In this document: one piece after another, positions 49,791 through 59,279 of the stretch
Layout of the letters: the number at the start of each line of letters is the position of its first letter
How positions within the stretch are numbered: position 1 is the stretch's first letter
From: an uncultured SAR86 cluster bacterium
Lineage (GTDB): Bacteria > Pseudomonadota > Gammaproteobacteria > Magnimaribacterales > AG-339-G14
Assembly (NCBI GenBank): GCA_902524805.1
Contig: CABZES010000004.1
Location: 24,878 to 88,877 of the forward strand
DNA: 64,000 nt
Direction: 5' to 3'
Notes under the pieces: model-generated
Told to the model about the DNA's origin: nothing
The model's input: only the letters and a program-made list of their open reading frames with translations
Databases searched by the model: none
Made by a program: the position numbers and the translations under genes

Positions 49791-51179
49791 ATGAGCAACG
49801 AAGAGACCCAGATAACTAATTATTCATCGATTCAAGAGTTAGTCGATAAAGCACGACATGCTCAAATTGAATTCGAGTCATTTAATCAAGAACAAGTTGA
49901 TGCAATTGTTCGCGATATAGGAAAATTTGTTTTTGATAATGCCGAGTATTTAGCCAGAATGGCCGTAGAAGAAACCGAGATGGGCTCCTATGATGACAAA
50001 GTATTAAAAAATAAAGGCAAAGCGCGAGTTATATGGAATAACCTCAAAGATAAGAAATCAAGAGGAGTGATTGGTGAAGATACTGATACAAATCTTGTGT
50101 TTGTTGCCAAACCTATGGGTGTTGTTGCAGCTGTAACACCAGTGACAAATCCAATTGTGACGCCTATGTGCAACGGAATGTTTGCACTTAAGACCGGTAA
50201 TGCGGTTATTTTTGCATCTCATCCTAAAGCTCAGAAGTGTGCAGAGTATTTGACCTTAGAATTTATGAAAATTGTTAAATCCCATAATGGCCCTGATAAC
50301 CTTATCCAGGTTGTTACTAATGGTTCGGTCGAAAAGACTCAGCAATTAATGCAGTCTGCTGATGTAGTAGTTGCTACTGGCGGCGGTGCAATGGTCAAGT
50401 CTGCTTATTCGTCTGGTAAGCCTTCATTTGGCGTGGGAGCAGGAAACGTTCCTGTAATAATCGATAGAAATATAGATTTGCAAGAAGCTGTTGAAAAGAT
50501 AGTTGATGGAGCTTCTTTTGATCATGGGATTATTTGTTCTCATGAGCAATTTGTAATTGCCCCTGAAGAAAACTTTGACAAGACTATAGAATTATTCACT
50601 AATACCGGCAAAGTCTGGTTCACAGATAATCAAGAGCAAATACAGAAGTTAAGAGAAGTAGTCTTTCAAGACGGTTATCTAAATAAGGACGTGGTAGGAA
50701 AATCTGCATGTGATGTGGGCAAGATGGCAGGAATAGACATTCCGGAGTCTTCTAGACTAATTTTATTACCTGCCGATGGTTCGGGTACTGATGATGTTTT
50801 AGCTAAAGAAAAGCTCTGTCCTGTTATTGCTATCGTTCCTTATTCTACTTTTGAAGAGGCAGTCACAATGGCAAAGGCCAATCTTCTCGTCGAAGGAGCT
50901 GGGCATTCTGCAGCATTACATTCAAATAATGATGAAAATATTCAAAAAGCCGGAGTTGAATTACCAATTAGCCGACTAGTTGTCAATCAACCAAGTTCTA
51001 CTTCTGCTGGCGGTTCGTTAACTAATGGATTTGCGCCCACGACAACACTCGGTTGCGGTTCTTGGGGAGGCAATTCTATTTCAGAAAATCTTGATTATAA
51101 GCACCTGATGAATGTATCTCGTATTGGTAAGGTGATACCCGATAAAAAAGTGCCTACAGACGATGAAATATGGGCTTGA
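49791..51179 (+). CDS. CoA-acylating aldehyde dehydrogenase (EutE / Clostridium-SucD succinate-semialdehyde dehydrogenase family)
   Basis: AVEETEMG, TPVTNPIVTPMCN, catalytic Cys in HGIICSHEQ, C-terminal TTTLGCGSWGGNSISENL..DEIWA. The track ORF starts 12 nt earlier at a TTG. Confidence 0.88.
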   Translation: MSNEETQITNYSSIQELVDKARHAQIEFESFNQEQVDAIVRDIGKFVFDNAEYLARMAVEETEMGSYDDKVLKNKGKARVIWNNLKDKKSRGVIGEDTDTNLVFVAKPMGVVAAVTPVTNPIVTPMCNGMFALKTGNAVIFASHPKAQKCAEYLTLEFMKIVKSHNGPDNLIQVVTNGSVEKTQQLMQSADVVVATGGGAMVKSAYSSGKPSFGVGAGNVPVIIDRNIDLQEAVEKIVDGASFDHGIICSHEQFVIAPEENFDKTIELFTNTGKVWFTDNQEQIQKLREVVFQDGYLNKDVVGKSACDVGKMAGIDIPESSRLILLPADGSGTDDVLAKEKLCPVIAIVPYSTFEEAVTMAKANLLVEGAGHSAALHSNNDENIQKAGVELPISRLVVNQPSSTSAGGSLTNGFAPTTTLGCGSWGGNSISENLDYKHLMNVSRIGKVIPDKKVPTDDEIWA

Positions 51180-51199
51180 TGCTTTTTTAAAATTTAAAA

Positions 51200-51919
51200 C
51201 TATTCAAATTCTTTAGAATTTTTAAGCATATGTGCAGGGCCGTGAGTTGTGTTTATAGCTGCGTTCTGTCCATAAAGCATTTCTTTTTGAGCCCCAAAGA
51301 TTTTTCTATCATTGGCTAAAGGCGCCAGTTCTTCAGCTTTTTTTAATGCGATTTCAGATATTTCGTCGACAGAACCTGTTTCTTGAACTATACCTGCCTC
51401 TAAAGCTGCAGCTCCAGGCCAACGTTTTGATAATTGAACAGTTTCAAAAAAAGAATTAGCTGGAATTTTATGTCTAAACAGAGCTAATTCTGGTCTTGGG
51501 ATGGTCATACCCAGTTGAATTTCATTTGCACACAGAAAGCCTCTGTCCTCTCTCATAATTCTTACATCATGTGACATAGCAAGCATAAAGCCTGCTCCAA
51601 AAGCATGTCCATTGATTAAACATATTGACGGTATGGGCAATGTAATCATTCTCCCCATTAGATACATAAATTTTTCACCAAATACTTCTCTATCTCCGCC
51701 CTGAGGATGACTTTTAGGAGATTTAAACCAATCAAGATCTAATCCATTAGAAAAAAACTTTGAATCCTGTGAAGAGGTTATTAAAGCTCCAGGTCCATCA
51801 TCATTTTCAATTTCATCCAAAGCACCAGCAAACTCATTAACAAAGGTGGTATTCCAGCGATTCTCACCGGCATTCATTGTTAAATGATAAATAGATTCCT
51901 TTTTTTTCAGTTCAATCAT
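51200..51919 (-). CDS. enoyl-CoA hydratase/isomerase (crotonase) family protein
   Basis: Oxyanion-hole region INGHAFGAGFMLA. The start is taken at MIELKKK; the track ORF extends 57 nt further upstream. Confidence 0.85.
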   Translation of the reverse strand: MIELKKKESIYHLTMNAGENRWNTTFVNEFAGALDEIENDDGPGALITSSQDSKFFSNGLDLDWFKSPKSHPQGGDREVFGEKFMYLMGRMITLPIPSICLINGHAFGAGFMLAMSHDVRIMREDRGFLCANEIQLGMTIPRPELALFRHKIPANSFFETVQLSKRWPGAAALEAGIVQETGSVDEISEIALKKAEELAPLANDRKIFGAQKEMLYGQNAAINTTHGPAHMLKNSKEFE

Positions 51920-52003
51920 GAAATGTAATTTTTTAATACTATACACAAAATATATTTGAAAGATCATCTGATTCATATAAATTATTTAATAAAGAGAGAG
52001 AAT

Positions 52004-52408
52004 ATGAATCAAATAACACAAAAAACCACTATTCCATGGTGGCTTACAATAATTTTAATTCTAGAGATTTGGCCAATGTTTGTTGGTCCGTATTTGGCAA
52101 TAACTAATCCAGCATTTCTTGGTGGACCAGATGCTTCAACACTTGTTGTGGGCAGTTTAATTTATTTGGCTAGAAATTTTGCAGTTGGATTTGCTTTTTT
52201 AATTGCAATTTATCTTAAAAATGCTCCCATGCTTTTTATTCTTATTTTTATTAGATTATTTACAGATTTAATAGATGGCCCAGCATTTTTAGCTTTCGGA
52301 ATGGCAGCAAATGAGACGCGTTTGATTAGCGTTTTCGTTTTGGGCTATTACATTCCAGCTTTGTTTGCGATGCGTTATTTATGGAAGCAAATGACATTAG
52401 ACAGTTAA
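52004..52408 (+). CDS. small integral membrane protein, unknown function (4 predicted TM)
   Basis: Hydrophobic 134-aa ORF with ATG after AGAGAGAGAA; first gene of the same-strand array. Confidence 0.6.
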   Translation: MNQITQKTTIPWWLTIILILEIWPMFVGPYLAITNPAFLGGPDASTLVVGSLIYLARNFAVGFAFLIAIYLKNAPMLFILIFIRLFTDLIDGPAFLAFGMAANETRLISVFVLGYYIPALFAMRYLWKQMTLDS

Positions 52409-52436
52409 CGTTAATAAATGATTGAATAGTTACCTA

Positions 52437-53636
52437 ATGAATTTAGAATTTTCCAAGCATGAACTTGAATTTAAAAAAGAAGTTCAAACCTTTTTAAAAA
52501 AAGAATTAACTTCAGAATTAGTTGAAGCCGCTAAAAGATCATCGGCAGTCTTCACAGAAAAAGAGATTGCCATGGAGTGGCAAGCTAAATTAGCTAAAAA
52601 AGGTTGGTTAGTACCATCATGGCCTGAGGAATATGGAGGAACAAATTGGACAGAGACTCAGAAATATATTTTTTCTTCAGAATGTGCAAGAGCAGAAGCG
52701 CCTTCCTTAACTCCAATGGGTTTAGGAATGATAGGTCCACTGTTGCTTGGTAAGGGAACAAAGGAACAAAAAGATTACTATATTCCCAGAATAATTAGCG
52801 GAGAAGATTATTGGTGCCAAGGTTATAGCGAGCCAGGAGCTGGTTCTGATCTAGCTAGTTTAAAGTGTAAAGCAGAAAGGAAAGGTGATAAATATATCAT
52901 AAATGGCTCTAAAATTTGGACTACCCATGCTCATTTAGCTAATAAGATCTTTTGCTTGGTCAGAACAGAAAACTCGCAAAAAAAACAAGAAGGCATCACT
53001 TTTCTAATGGTAGATATGAAACAGCCCGGTATTAAAGTCGAACCCATTCTAACAATTGCTAAAGATCATGATTTTAATCAAGTAGTTTTTGAAAATGCTG
53101 AGGCCAGTATAAGTGACAGGATTGGTGAAGAAGGAGAGGGATGGGCAGTTGCGAAATATCTTTTAGAATTTGAGAGAGGGGGAGTTGCAAACGAGGCAGA
53201 AAAACTTCTAACAAGAATTAAATTTATAAAAAAATTGGTAAAAATAATTTCTGCGCAGAAAAAAGATTCTGATTTTGATAGTCTTTATAGAAAAAAAATA
53301 TCCGAACTAGAAATTAAAGGTGAATCTATAAAATTTACTGTTTTAAGAGCACTTAGTTCTTTTGAAAAAGGAAAAAGTCCTGGCCCAGAATCGTCAATCA
53401 TGAAAACTCTAGCAACTGAATTAGAACAAGAAATTTCTGATATTTCTCTAGAAGTAATTGACTATTACGGCATGCCATTTCAGGATACTGGTTTAAGAAC
53501 AAATGAATCTGCTATTGGAGACGAAGCGTTTAGGCCTGTAGCTGGTAAATATCAAAACTTAAGGGCAACTTCTATTTATGGAGGAAGCAATGAAATTCAA
53601 AGAAACATAATAGCAAAAGCTGTTCTAGGAATTTAA
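52437..53636 (+). CDS. acyl-CoA dehydrogenase family protein
   Basis: YWCQGYSEPGAGSDLASL motif and C-terminal IYGGSNEIQRNIIA. Confidence 0.9.
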   Translation: MNLEFSKHELEFKKEVQTFLKKELTSELVEAAKRSSAVFTEKEIAMEWQAKLAKKGWLVPSWPEEYGGTNWTETQKYIFSSECARAEAPSLTPMGLGMIGPLLLGKGTKEQKDYYIPRIISGEDYWCQGYSEPGAGSDLASLKCKAERKGDKYIINGSKIWTTHAHLANKIFCLVRTENSQKKQEGITFLMVDMKQPGIKVEPILTIAKDHDFNQVVFENAEASISDRIGEEGEGWAVAKYLLEFERGGVANEAEKLLTRIKFIKKLVKIISAQKKDSDFDSLYRKKISELEIKGESIKFTVLRALSSFEKGKSPGPESSIMKTLATELEQEISDISLEVIDYYGMPFQDTGLRTNESAIGDEAFRPVAGKYQNLRATSIYGGSNEIQRNIIAKAVLGI

Positions 53637-53652
53637 ATCAACGAGGTTAATT

Positions 53653-54495
53653 ATGACTAAAAATATTTATGAGCCACCAGAAGTTTGGGAGTGGGATAAT
53701 CAAAGCGGAGGAAAGTTTACTAATATCAATAGACCTATCTCTGGAGCAACTCATGAAAAAGACTTACCAAGAGGAAAACATCCTCTTCAACTTTATTCTT
53801 TAGGTACTCCAAATGGCATGAAAGTCACAATTCTTTTAGAAGAATTATTAGCTTTGGGGCATGAAGGCGCCGAGTATGACGCATATTTAATAAACATTGG
53901 AAAGGGAGATCAATTTGGTAGTGGCTTTGTGAGTGTAAATCCAAATTCTAAAATACCTGCTTTACTTGATGTAAGCACAACTCCTCCAACAAGAATTTTT
54001 GAATCTGGAGCTATTATGGTTTATTTGGCCGAAAAGTTTGGAGAGCTACTTCCAACAGATTCATCTCAAAGAGCAGAATGCATGTCTTGGTTGTTTTGGC
54101 AGATGGGCAGTGCTCCATATTTAGGAGGTGGTTTTGGACATTTTTACGCTTATGCGCCTGAAAAATACGAATATCCAATTAATAGATTTGCTATGGAAGT
54201 GAAAAGGCAATTAGACGTATTAGACAAAAATTTAGAGTCTAGAAAATTTTTATGCGGTGATGACTATAATATCTCTGATATAGCAGTGTGCGCATGGTAT
54301 GGAATGTTAGTTTTAAAAAATGCTTACAACGCAGCAAAATTTTTGGATGTTGCCTCTTATAAGAATGTCATTCGTTGGGCAGAGGAAATTGCTGAACGTC
54401 CAGCCTTTAAAAGAGGAACAAGAGTAAATAGAGCACCAAGCGGACCTGACGATAATGCCATCATAGAAAGACATGAATCAAGTGACTTAGATTGA
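53653..54495 (+). CDS. yghU: Nu-class glutathione S-transferase / disulfide-bond oxidoreductase YghU
   Basis: Near-collinear resemblance to E. coli YghU (HPLQLYSLGTPNG, GDQFGSGFVSVNPNSKIPAL, GGGFGHFY). Confidence 0.9.
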   Translation: MTKNIYEPPEVWEWDNQSGGKFTNINRPISGATHEKDLPRGKHPLQLYSLGTPNGMKVTILLEELLALGHEGAEYDAYLINIGKGDQFGSGFVSVNPNSKIPALLDVSTTPPTRIFESGAIMVYLAEKFGELLPTDSSQRAECMSWLFWQMGSAPYLGGGFGHFYAYAPEKYEYPINRFAMEVKRQLDVLDKNLESRKFLCGDDYNISDIAVCAWYGMLVLKNAYNAAKFLDVASYKNVIRWAEEIAERPAFKRGTRVNRAPSGPDDNAIIERHESSDLD

Positions 54496-54496
54496 T

Positions 54497-55246
54497 ATGA
54501 GTAATAAATTAAAGATTTACGCTGTTCCTATGTCGCAAGCAGTTAGAGCTGTTTTGTGGGTATTATTTAACAAAAAACTGCCTTTTGAATTAGTACTGAC
54601 CGTTCCTGGTTCTAAAGAAGCAAATGGAACTCGTCATCCAGATTATCTAAATAAATTTCCAAATGGAACTATTCCTGGCCTTGAAGATCCAGCCACAGGT
54701 TTTTTATTGGCAGAGTCTCACGCAATCATGTGTTATCTATGTAACAAACATAATTGGACTGATTTGTATCCAGCAGAGTATGAAGCAAGAGCAAAAGTAG
54801 ACGATTTCCTTCACTATCATCATAGGAACATTAAAGAGGCATCATTAGCATTTTTTGCTCCAATGGCCAGACCTGATTTGGGCTTAACTGATGATGTCAT
54901 TAATATGGCAAAAAAATTATTCACTAAAGGGTTGAATGCCTTAGAAAAACAATGGTTAAAAAAGAATAATTTTATTACAGGAAATAATCCTACAATCGCC
55001 GACATTGCAGCTTATGTAGAAATCGGACAATTACAAAGTCAATTTACAAATCTATTTGATTTTGAAACTTACCCAAATGTTAAACGATGGCTAGGAGAAA
55101 TGTCTAATATAGAGGGCCATGACGACGTTCATTTCGTTTTAAGTGAACTAGGAGATATCAGTAAGACTCCTCCTGCAATGGAAGACTTGATGGGGGCGAA
55201 TATCAAGGGATTTAAGCACATTGCTCAAAGATTAACTGAGTTTTAA
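54497..55246 (+). CDS. glutathione S-transferase family protein (theta-like)
   Basis: Thioredoxin-like N-terminal domain plus a helical C-terminal domain (ESHAIMCYL). Confidence 0.82.
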   Translation: MSNKLKIYAVPMSQAVRAVLWVLFNKKLPFELVLTVPGSKEANGTRHPDYLNKFPNGTIPGLEDPATGFLLAESHAIMCYLCNKHNWTDLYPAEYEARAKVDDFLHYHHRNIKEASLAFFAPMARPDLGLTDDVINMAKKLFTKGLNALEKQWLKKNNFITGNNPTIADIAAYVEIGQLQSQFTNLFDFETYPNVKRWLGEMSNIEGHDDVHFVLSELGDISKTPPAMEDLMGANIKGFKHIAQRLTEF

Positions 55247-55269
55247 AAGGAGAGTTGCCCTTTAACTCA

Positions 55270-56448
55270 ATGAAAATATTAATTGTTGGCGCTGGTATTG
55301 GTGGACTTGTTTCTGCTCTTTGTCTAAATAAAAAAGGATACGAAGTAGAAATGTACGAACAGTCTGAGGTCCTATCAGAATTAGGAGCTGGTGTTCAACT
55401 TTCTCCTAATGCGACAAGAGTTTTAGATTATTTAGAGTTAACCGATGATTTAAAACCCCACATTTTCGAACCGAGGTCGTTTCAATTTTTAAATTATAAA
55501 ACCGAAAAAATAATTTCAAAAAGAGAACTTGGCTTGAAAATTCAAGATGATTTTGGCTTCCCAAATTTTGATGTTCATAGAGCAGATTTACAAAAAGTTT
55601 TATTAAATAAAGTTGAAGAAGAGGGAATAAAAATAAATACCAATATGAAAGTCATAGATGTTGGGAACGAAGAGAATAAAGCATATATCAAAATTAATGA
55701 AGAAAAAATTAAAGCAGACATCGTTATAGGTGCAGATGGCATCCATTCAGTAGTTAGAGAAAAATTATTTGAAAAAAAAGAGTCTTCTTTTACAGGAAAT
55801 GTTGCTTGGCGAATGTTAATTCCAGTTGATTCACTTCCGAGAGATTTAATTTTGCCAGATACAACTGTCTGGTTGGGACCAAAAAAACATTTTGTTTCCT
55901 ATCATGTTAGTGGAGGAAAAAATTTAAATTGTGTTTGTTTAGTAGAACAAGACGGGTGGACAAATGAGAGCTGGTCGGAAAGAGGAAATATTGAAGACCT
56001 TAGAGAAGTCTATAATGGGTGGAACCAAACTATAGAAACGTTATTGAAAATTGCAAATCCTAATACTTTGTATAGATGGGCGCTACATGATCGACCTCCG
56101 ATGAAGCAATGGAGTAAAGGAAGAATTACATTATTGGGCGATGCAGCTCATCCGATGTTGCCTTTTTTAGCTCAAGGCGCCGCAATGGCTATTGAAGATG
56201 GAGCTGTTTTAGCTGATTGCATATCTAGCTATAAGGATAACGAAAAAAGTCTTAAAAACTTTGAACAAATTAGGAAGCCAAGAACTTCTTTTGTTCAGTT
56301 GGCAGCAAGAAGAAATGCCAAAATTTTGCACTTATCTGGCCTAGCTGCTTTTTTTAGAAATATCGTAATGGGATATGCAGGAAATAAGATTTTTAATAAA
56401 TTATATAGTTACGATGCCTTATCAGCTGTAAATTCTAAGGAGATATGA
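55270..56448 (+). CDS. FAD-dependent aromatic-ring monooxygenase (salicylate / 3-hydroxybenzoate hydroxylase-like)
   Basis: GAGIGGL, DIVIGADGIHS and GDAAHPMLPFLAQGAAMAIEDG. Confidence 0.88.
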   Translation: MKILIVGAGIGGLVSALCLNKKGYEVEMYEQSEVLSELGAGVQLSPNATRVLDYLELTDDLKPHIFEPRSFQFLNYKTEKIISKRELGLKIQDDFGFPNFDVHRADLQKVLLNKVEEEGIKINTNMKVIDVGNEENKAYIKINEEKIKADIVIGADGIHSVVREKLFEKKESSFTGNVAWRMLIPVDSLPRDLILPDTTVWLGPKKHFVSYHVSGGKNLNCVCLVEQDGWTNESWSERGNIEDLREVYNGWNQTIETLLKIANPNTLYRWALHDRPPMKQWSKGRITLLGDAAHPMLPFLAQGAAMAIEDGAVLADCISSYKDNEKSLKNFEQIRKPRTSFVQLAARRNAKILHLSGLAAFFRNIVMGYAGNKIFNKLYSYDALSAVNSKEI

Positions 56449-56449
56449 A

Positions 56450-57436
56450 TTGGAACAAAGAAACTTCAAACCCTTTGGCTCGATTAGTTCTCTTACTTTA
56501 GGTGGAGGAGGAATAGGAAATGTTTGGGGAGAGACTTCTAGAAAAGAAGCTATAGAGACAGTTAATCTCGCTTATGAGTCCGGCATAAATCATTTTGATG
56601 TTGCTCCTATGTATGGCAGAGGCGAAGCAGAAAAAGTTATAGGTATGGCTCTAAAGAATAAACCATCAGAAGAAATTAATATTACAACTAAATGCAGACT
56701 TGGAAACCCAAAAGATTCAAAGGTCTACGATGTTTTGAATGACTCGTTATGTCGAAGCCTTGAAACTATGGAGTTAGAAAAGGTAAATTTATTTTTGTTA
56801 CATTCACAATTGATTGAAGATGATTTTCGCTTCTTTAAATTTGATGAAACCAGAGAGAAAAGTGGTACTACTCTTTCATGTTACTTCAATGCTGTGATAC
56901 CAGCATTTGAAAGATTAAAGCAAGAAGGCAAAATTGATCATTGGGGCATTGGTCTTGGGCAGGGCAAAGCATTAATTAAAGCAATAAATTATTCTAAACC
57001 GCCCGACGCTATGCAATGCGCTGTTAACATTTTAAACTCAATTGGCGCAATTGGTTATGTAAATAAAAAAAATGATCCCAATAAGATTTTAAATGAATGT
57101 CAGAATAAAAATATTCCAATTCTTGCTATTAGAGCAGTTCAAGCAGGTGCTTTAACATCTTCTATGGACAGAAAACCACATGAATCTGGTTTTGATGTTG
57201 AAGATTTCAAGGATTTTGAAAAGGCTTTGCCTTTTAGAGAATATGCTAAAAAAGTAAATGAAAATCCTGCTTCGTTAGCTCACAGATATGCTTTATCTCA
57301 AGAGAAAGTAAGTTCAGTTATTCTAGGAGTTAAAAATAGGAAAGAATTACTTGAATGTATAAAGGCTGAAAGTGCAGGGAAATTAGATAAAGAAATATTG
57401 GCAAACTTAAATAATCTTTTTAAAAATATGAAATAA
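56450..57436 (+). CDS. aldo/keto reductase
   Basis: AKR (beta/alpha)8 family blocks (FDVAPMYG, LHS); TTG start 1 nt after the upstream stop, with AAGGAG. Confidence 0.85.
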   Translation: MEQRNFKPFGSISSLTLGGGGIGNVWGETSRKEAIETVNLAYESGINHFDVAPMYGRGEAEKVIGMALKNKPSEEINITTKCRLGNPKDSKVYDVLNDSLCRSLETMELEKVNLFLLHSQLIEDDFRFFKFDETREKSGTTLSCYFNAVIPAFERLKQEGKIDHWGIGLGQGKALIKAINYSKPPDAMQCAVNILNSIGAIGYVNKKNDPNKILNECQNKNIPILAIRAVQAGALTSSMDRKPHESGFDVEDFKDFEKALPFREYAKKVNENPASLAHRYALSQEKVSSVILGVKNRKELLECIKAESAGKLDKEILANLNNLFKNMK

Positions 57437-57455
57437 TTTATATAGGGGACTATTT

Positions 57456-58346
57456 ATGGGGATTAAACACTTAAAAGCTAATTCTTCAATAGAAGAAATT
57501 TTAGAAGTAATTGAGCAAGATGCTGGCGTTATTATTGATAATTTATTAGATAAGAATCAGCTCAAAAATATTGTTGAAGATTTAAAGCCTTATTTAGTGA
57601 AAACTAAAGAAGGTCAAGACGATTTCACAGGATTTAAAACGAAAAGAGTAGGTGCTTTAATGGCAAGATCAGCCGAGTGCCAAAACTTAGCTTTAAACCC
57701 TATTATAAATGAGGTTTCTAAACTCTTTTTTGAGCCTCATAGCGATGGTTATCAATTACATTTTACCTCGGCAATTGATATTGCTCCCGGTGAAAGCAAA
57801 CAAATACCTCATAGAGATAGAGGGGTATGGGGCGGATACATACCTAGAAAGATTGAAACGCAATTAAGTACAGTTTGGGCTATAGATGATTTCACCAAAG
57901 AAAATGGAGCTACACAAGTAGTTCCAGGTTCTCATAAATGGGACAGAGATAGAGAGCCAAAGGAAGATGAAATCTGTTATGCAGAAATGAAAAAAGGATC
58001 AGTTTTTATTTATACGGGATCAGTCATTCATGGAGGTGGAGCAAATAATTCAAATAAAAATAGATTAGGAGTATTTTTGCACTATGCTCCTTCATGGCTG
58101 AGACAACAAGAAAATCAATATCTTTCATGCCCACCTCACATAGCAAAAGATTTAACTCCCGAATTAAGATCCCTTATGGGCTATACAAAAGGGGGATATG
58201 TATTGGGATTTTATTCAGACCCAGAAGATAAAAATGGAGAGTTAGAATCAGTCTCGCCTGAGAAAATGTTTGGAAATTTTAAAGATAAATACGGTTCCAT
58301 AAATAGCGCAGATAAGTTAGTTTCCGACTCAAGTAAAAGAAAATAA
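57456..58346 (+). CDS. phytanoyl-CoA dioxygenase (PhyH) family Fe(II)/2-oxoglutarate oxygenase
   Basis: HRD facial-triad motif (IPHRDRG) and distal His in SVIHGGG. Confidence 0.82.
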   Translation: MGIKHLKANSSIEEILEVIEQDAGVIIDNLLDKNQLKNIVEDLKPYLVKTKEGQDDFTGFKTKRVGALMARSAECQNLALNPIINEVSKLFFEPHSDGYQLHFTSAIDIAPGESKQIPHRDRGVWGGYIPRKIETQLSTVWAIDDFTKENGATQVVPGSHKWDRDREPKEDEICYAEMKKGSVFIYTGSVIHGGGANNSNKNRLGVFLHYAPSWLRQQENQYLSCPPHIAKDLTPELRSLMGYTKGGYVLGFYSDPEDKNGELESVSPEKMFGNFKDKYGSINSADKLVSDSSKRK

Positions 58347-58349
58347 ATT

Positions 58350-59213
58350 ATGGAAGGTATGTCTTTTTGGAATGACTTATCTTGGATATTTGATTTAAGG
58401 ACTCCTTTTTTAAACACATTCTTTGACTTAGTCTCGCTTGCTGGATATCCAACTTTTCTTATTTTGTTTATTTCATTTGGTTATTATTACTGGTCTCCAG
58501 AAAAATTTTCTAGGATAGCAATGTTACTTTTTATATCTGGACTCATTAATGGATTCTTAAAAGATTATTTTCAAGATCCAAGACCAGCAATGGAGTTTAT
58601 GTTGGATCCGAGAATAGGCGATTCTTATGGTTGGCCTAGCGGACATGCTCAAATAGCAGTCACTTTATGGGGATTAATCGCTATTGAATTTAAAGAGAAG
58701 TGGTTAAGTTACCTTTGTTTGCTAATAATTGCTTTAATTTCTTTTAGTAGAATGTACCTTGGTGTGCATGATTTTGGAGATGTATTTGCAGGACTTATAA
58801 TTGGGGCAATAGTTTTAGGTTTATGGTTCCTAGCATCTTTTAACAAAATCTATGAAATATTTAGTAAGAAAGTATGGGTATTACTTATTCTTTTATCTCA
58901 TTTTATCTACTATTTTATTTACCCATCTCATATAAATCATGAACCAAGTGCTTGGTTTTTGGGCTTAATGATGGGTTGGTATTTATTTACATCAAATATC
59001 TACTTAAATAGATCTTTTATCGTAAATTTAATTGCTGCGGGTTTGAGTATTTCATTTGTCTTTTTTAGTATGATTTTTATTGGTTTTTTAAACAACATAA
59101 ATGAATTCAGTGGAATTTTTGGTGAATTGATAAGTTATGGCTTAGGGTTGTCTTTAGCTTTGATAATTACTTGGGCCATTCCTAACATATGGAAGTCATT
59201 TAAGATTGCCTAA
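58350..59213 (+). CDS. PAP2-family membrane phosphatase
   Basis: The three PAP2 motifs: KDYFQDPRP, PSGH and SRMYLGVHDFGD. Confidence 0.88.
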   Translation: MEGMSFWNDLSWIFDLRTPFLNTFFDLVSLAGYPTFLILFISFGYYYWSPEKFSRIAMLLFISGLINGFLKDYFQDPRPAMEFMLDPRIGDSYGWPSGHAQIAVTLWGLIAIEFKEKWLSYLCLLIIALISFSRMYLGVHDFGDVFAGLIIGAIVLGLWFLASFNKIYEIFSKKVWVLLILLSHFIYYFIYPSHINHEPSAWFLGLMMGWYLFTSNIYLNRSFIVNLIAAGLSISFVFFSMIFIGFLNNINEFSGIFGELISYGLGLSLALIITWAIPNIWKSFKIA

Positions 59214-59279
59214 AATTTAAACGATGATTTTTATTTATGACTTGATAAAAATATAAGATAATATGTTTGAGGTTAATTT

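Noticed and set aside
51200-53636. DMSP demethylation-pathway reading (DmdC-like ACAD plus DmdD-like crotonase plus acetaldehyde dehydrogenase).
   Set aside because: It rests only on generic family membership. No dmdA or dmdB is in the window, the genes lie on different strands, and the ALDH resembles the succinyl-CoA reductase branch more than the acetaldehyde type.
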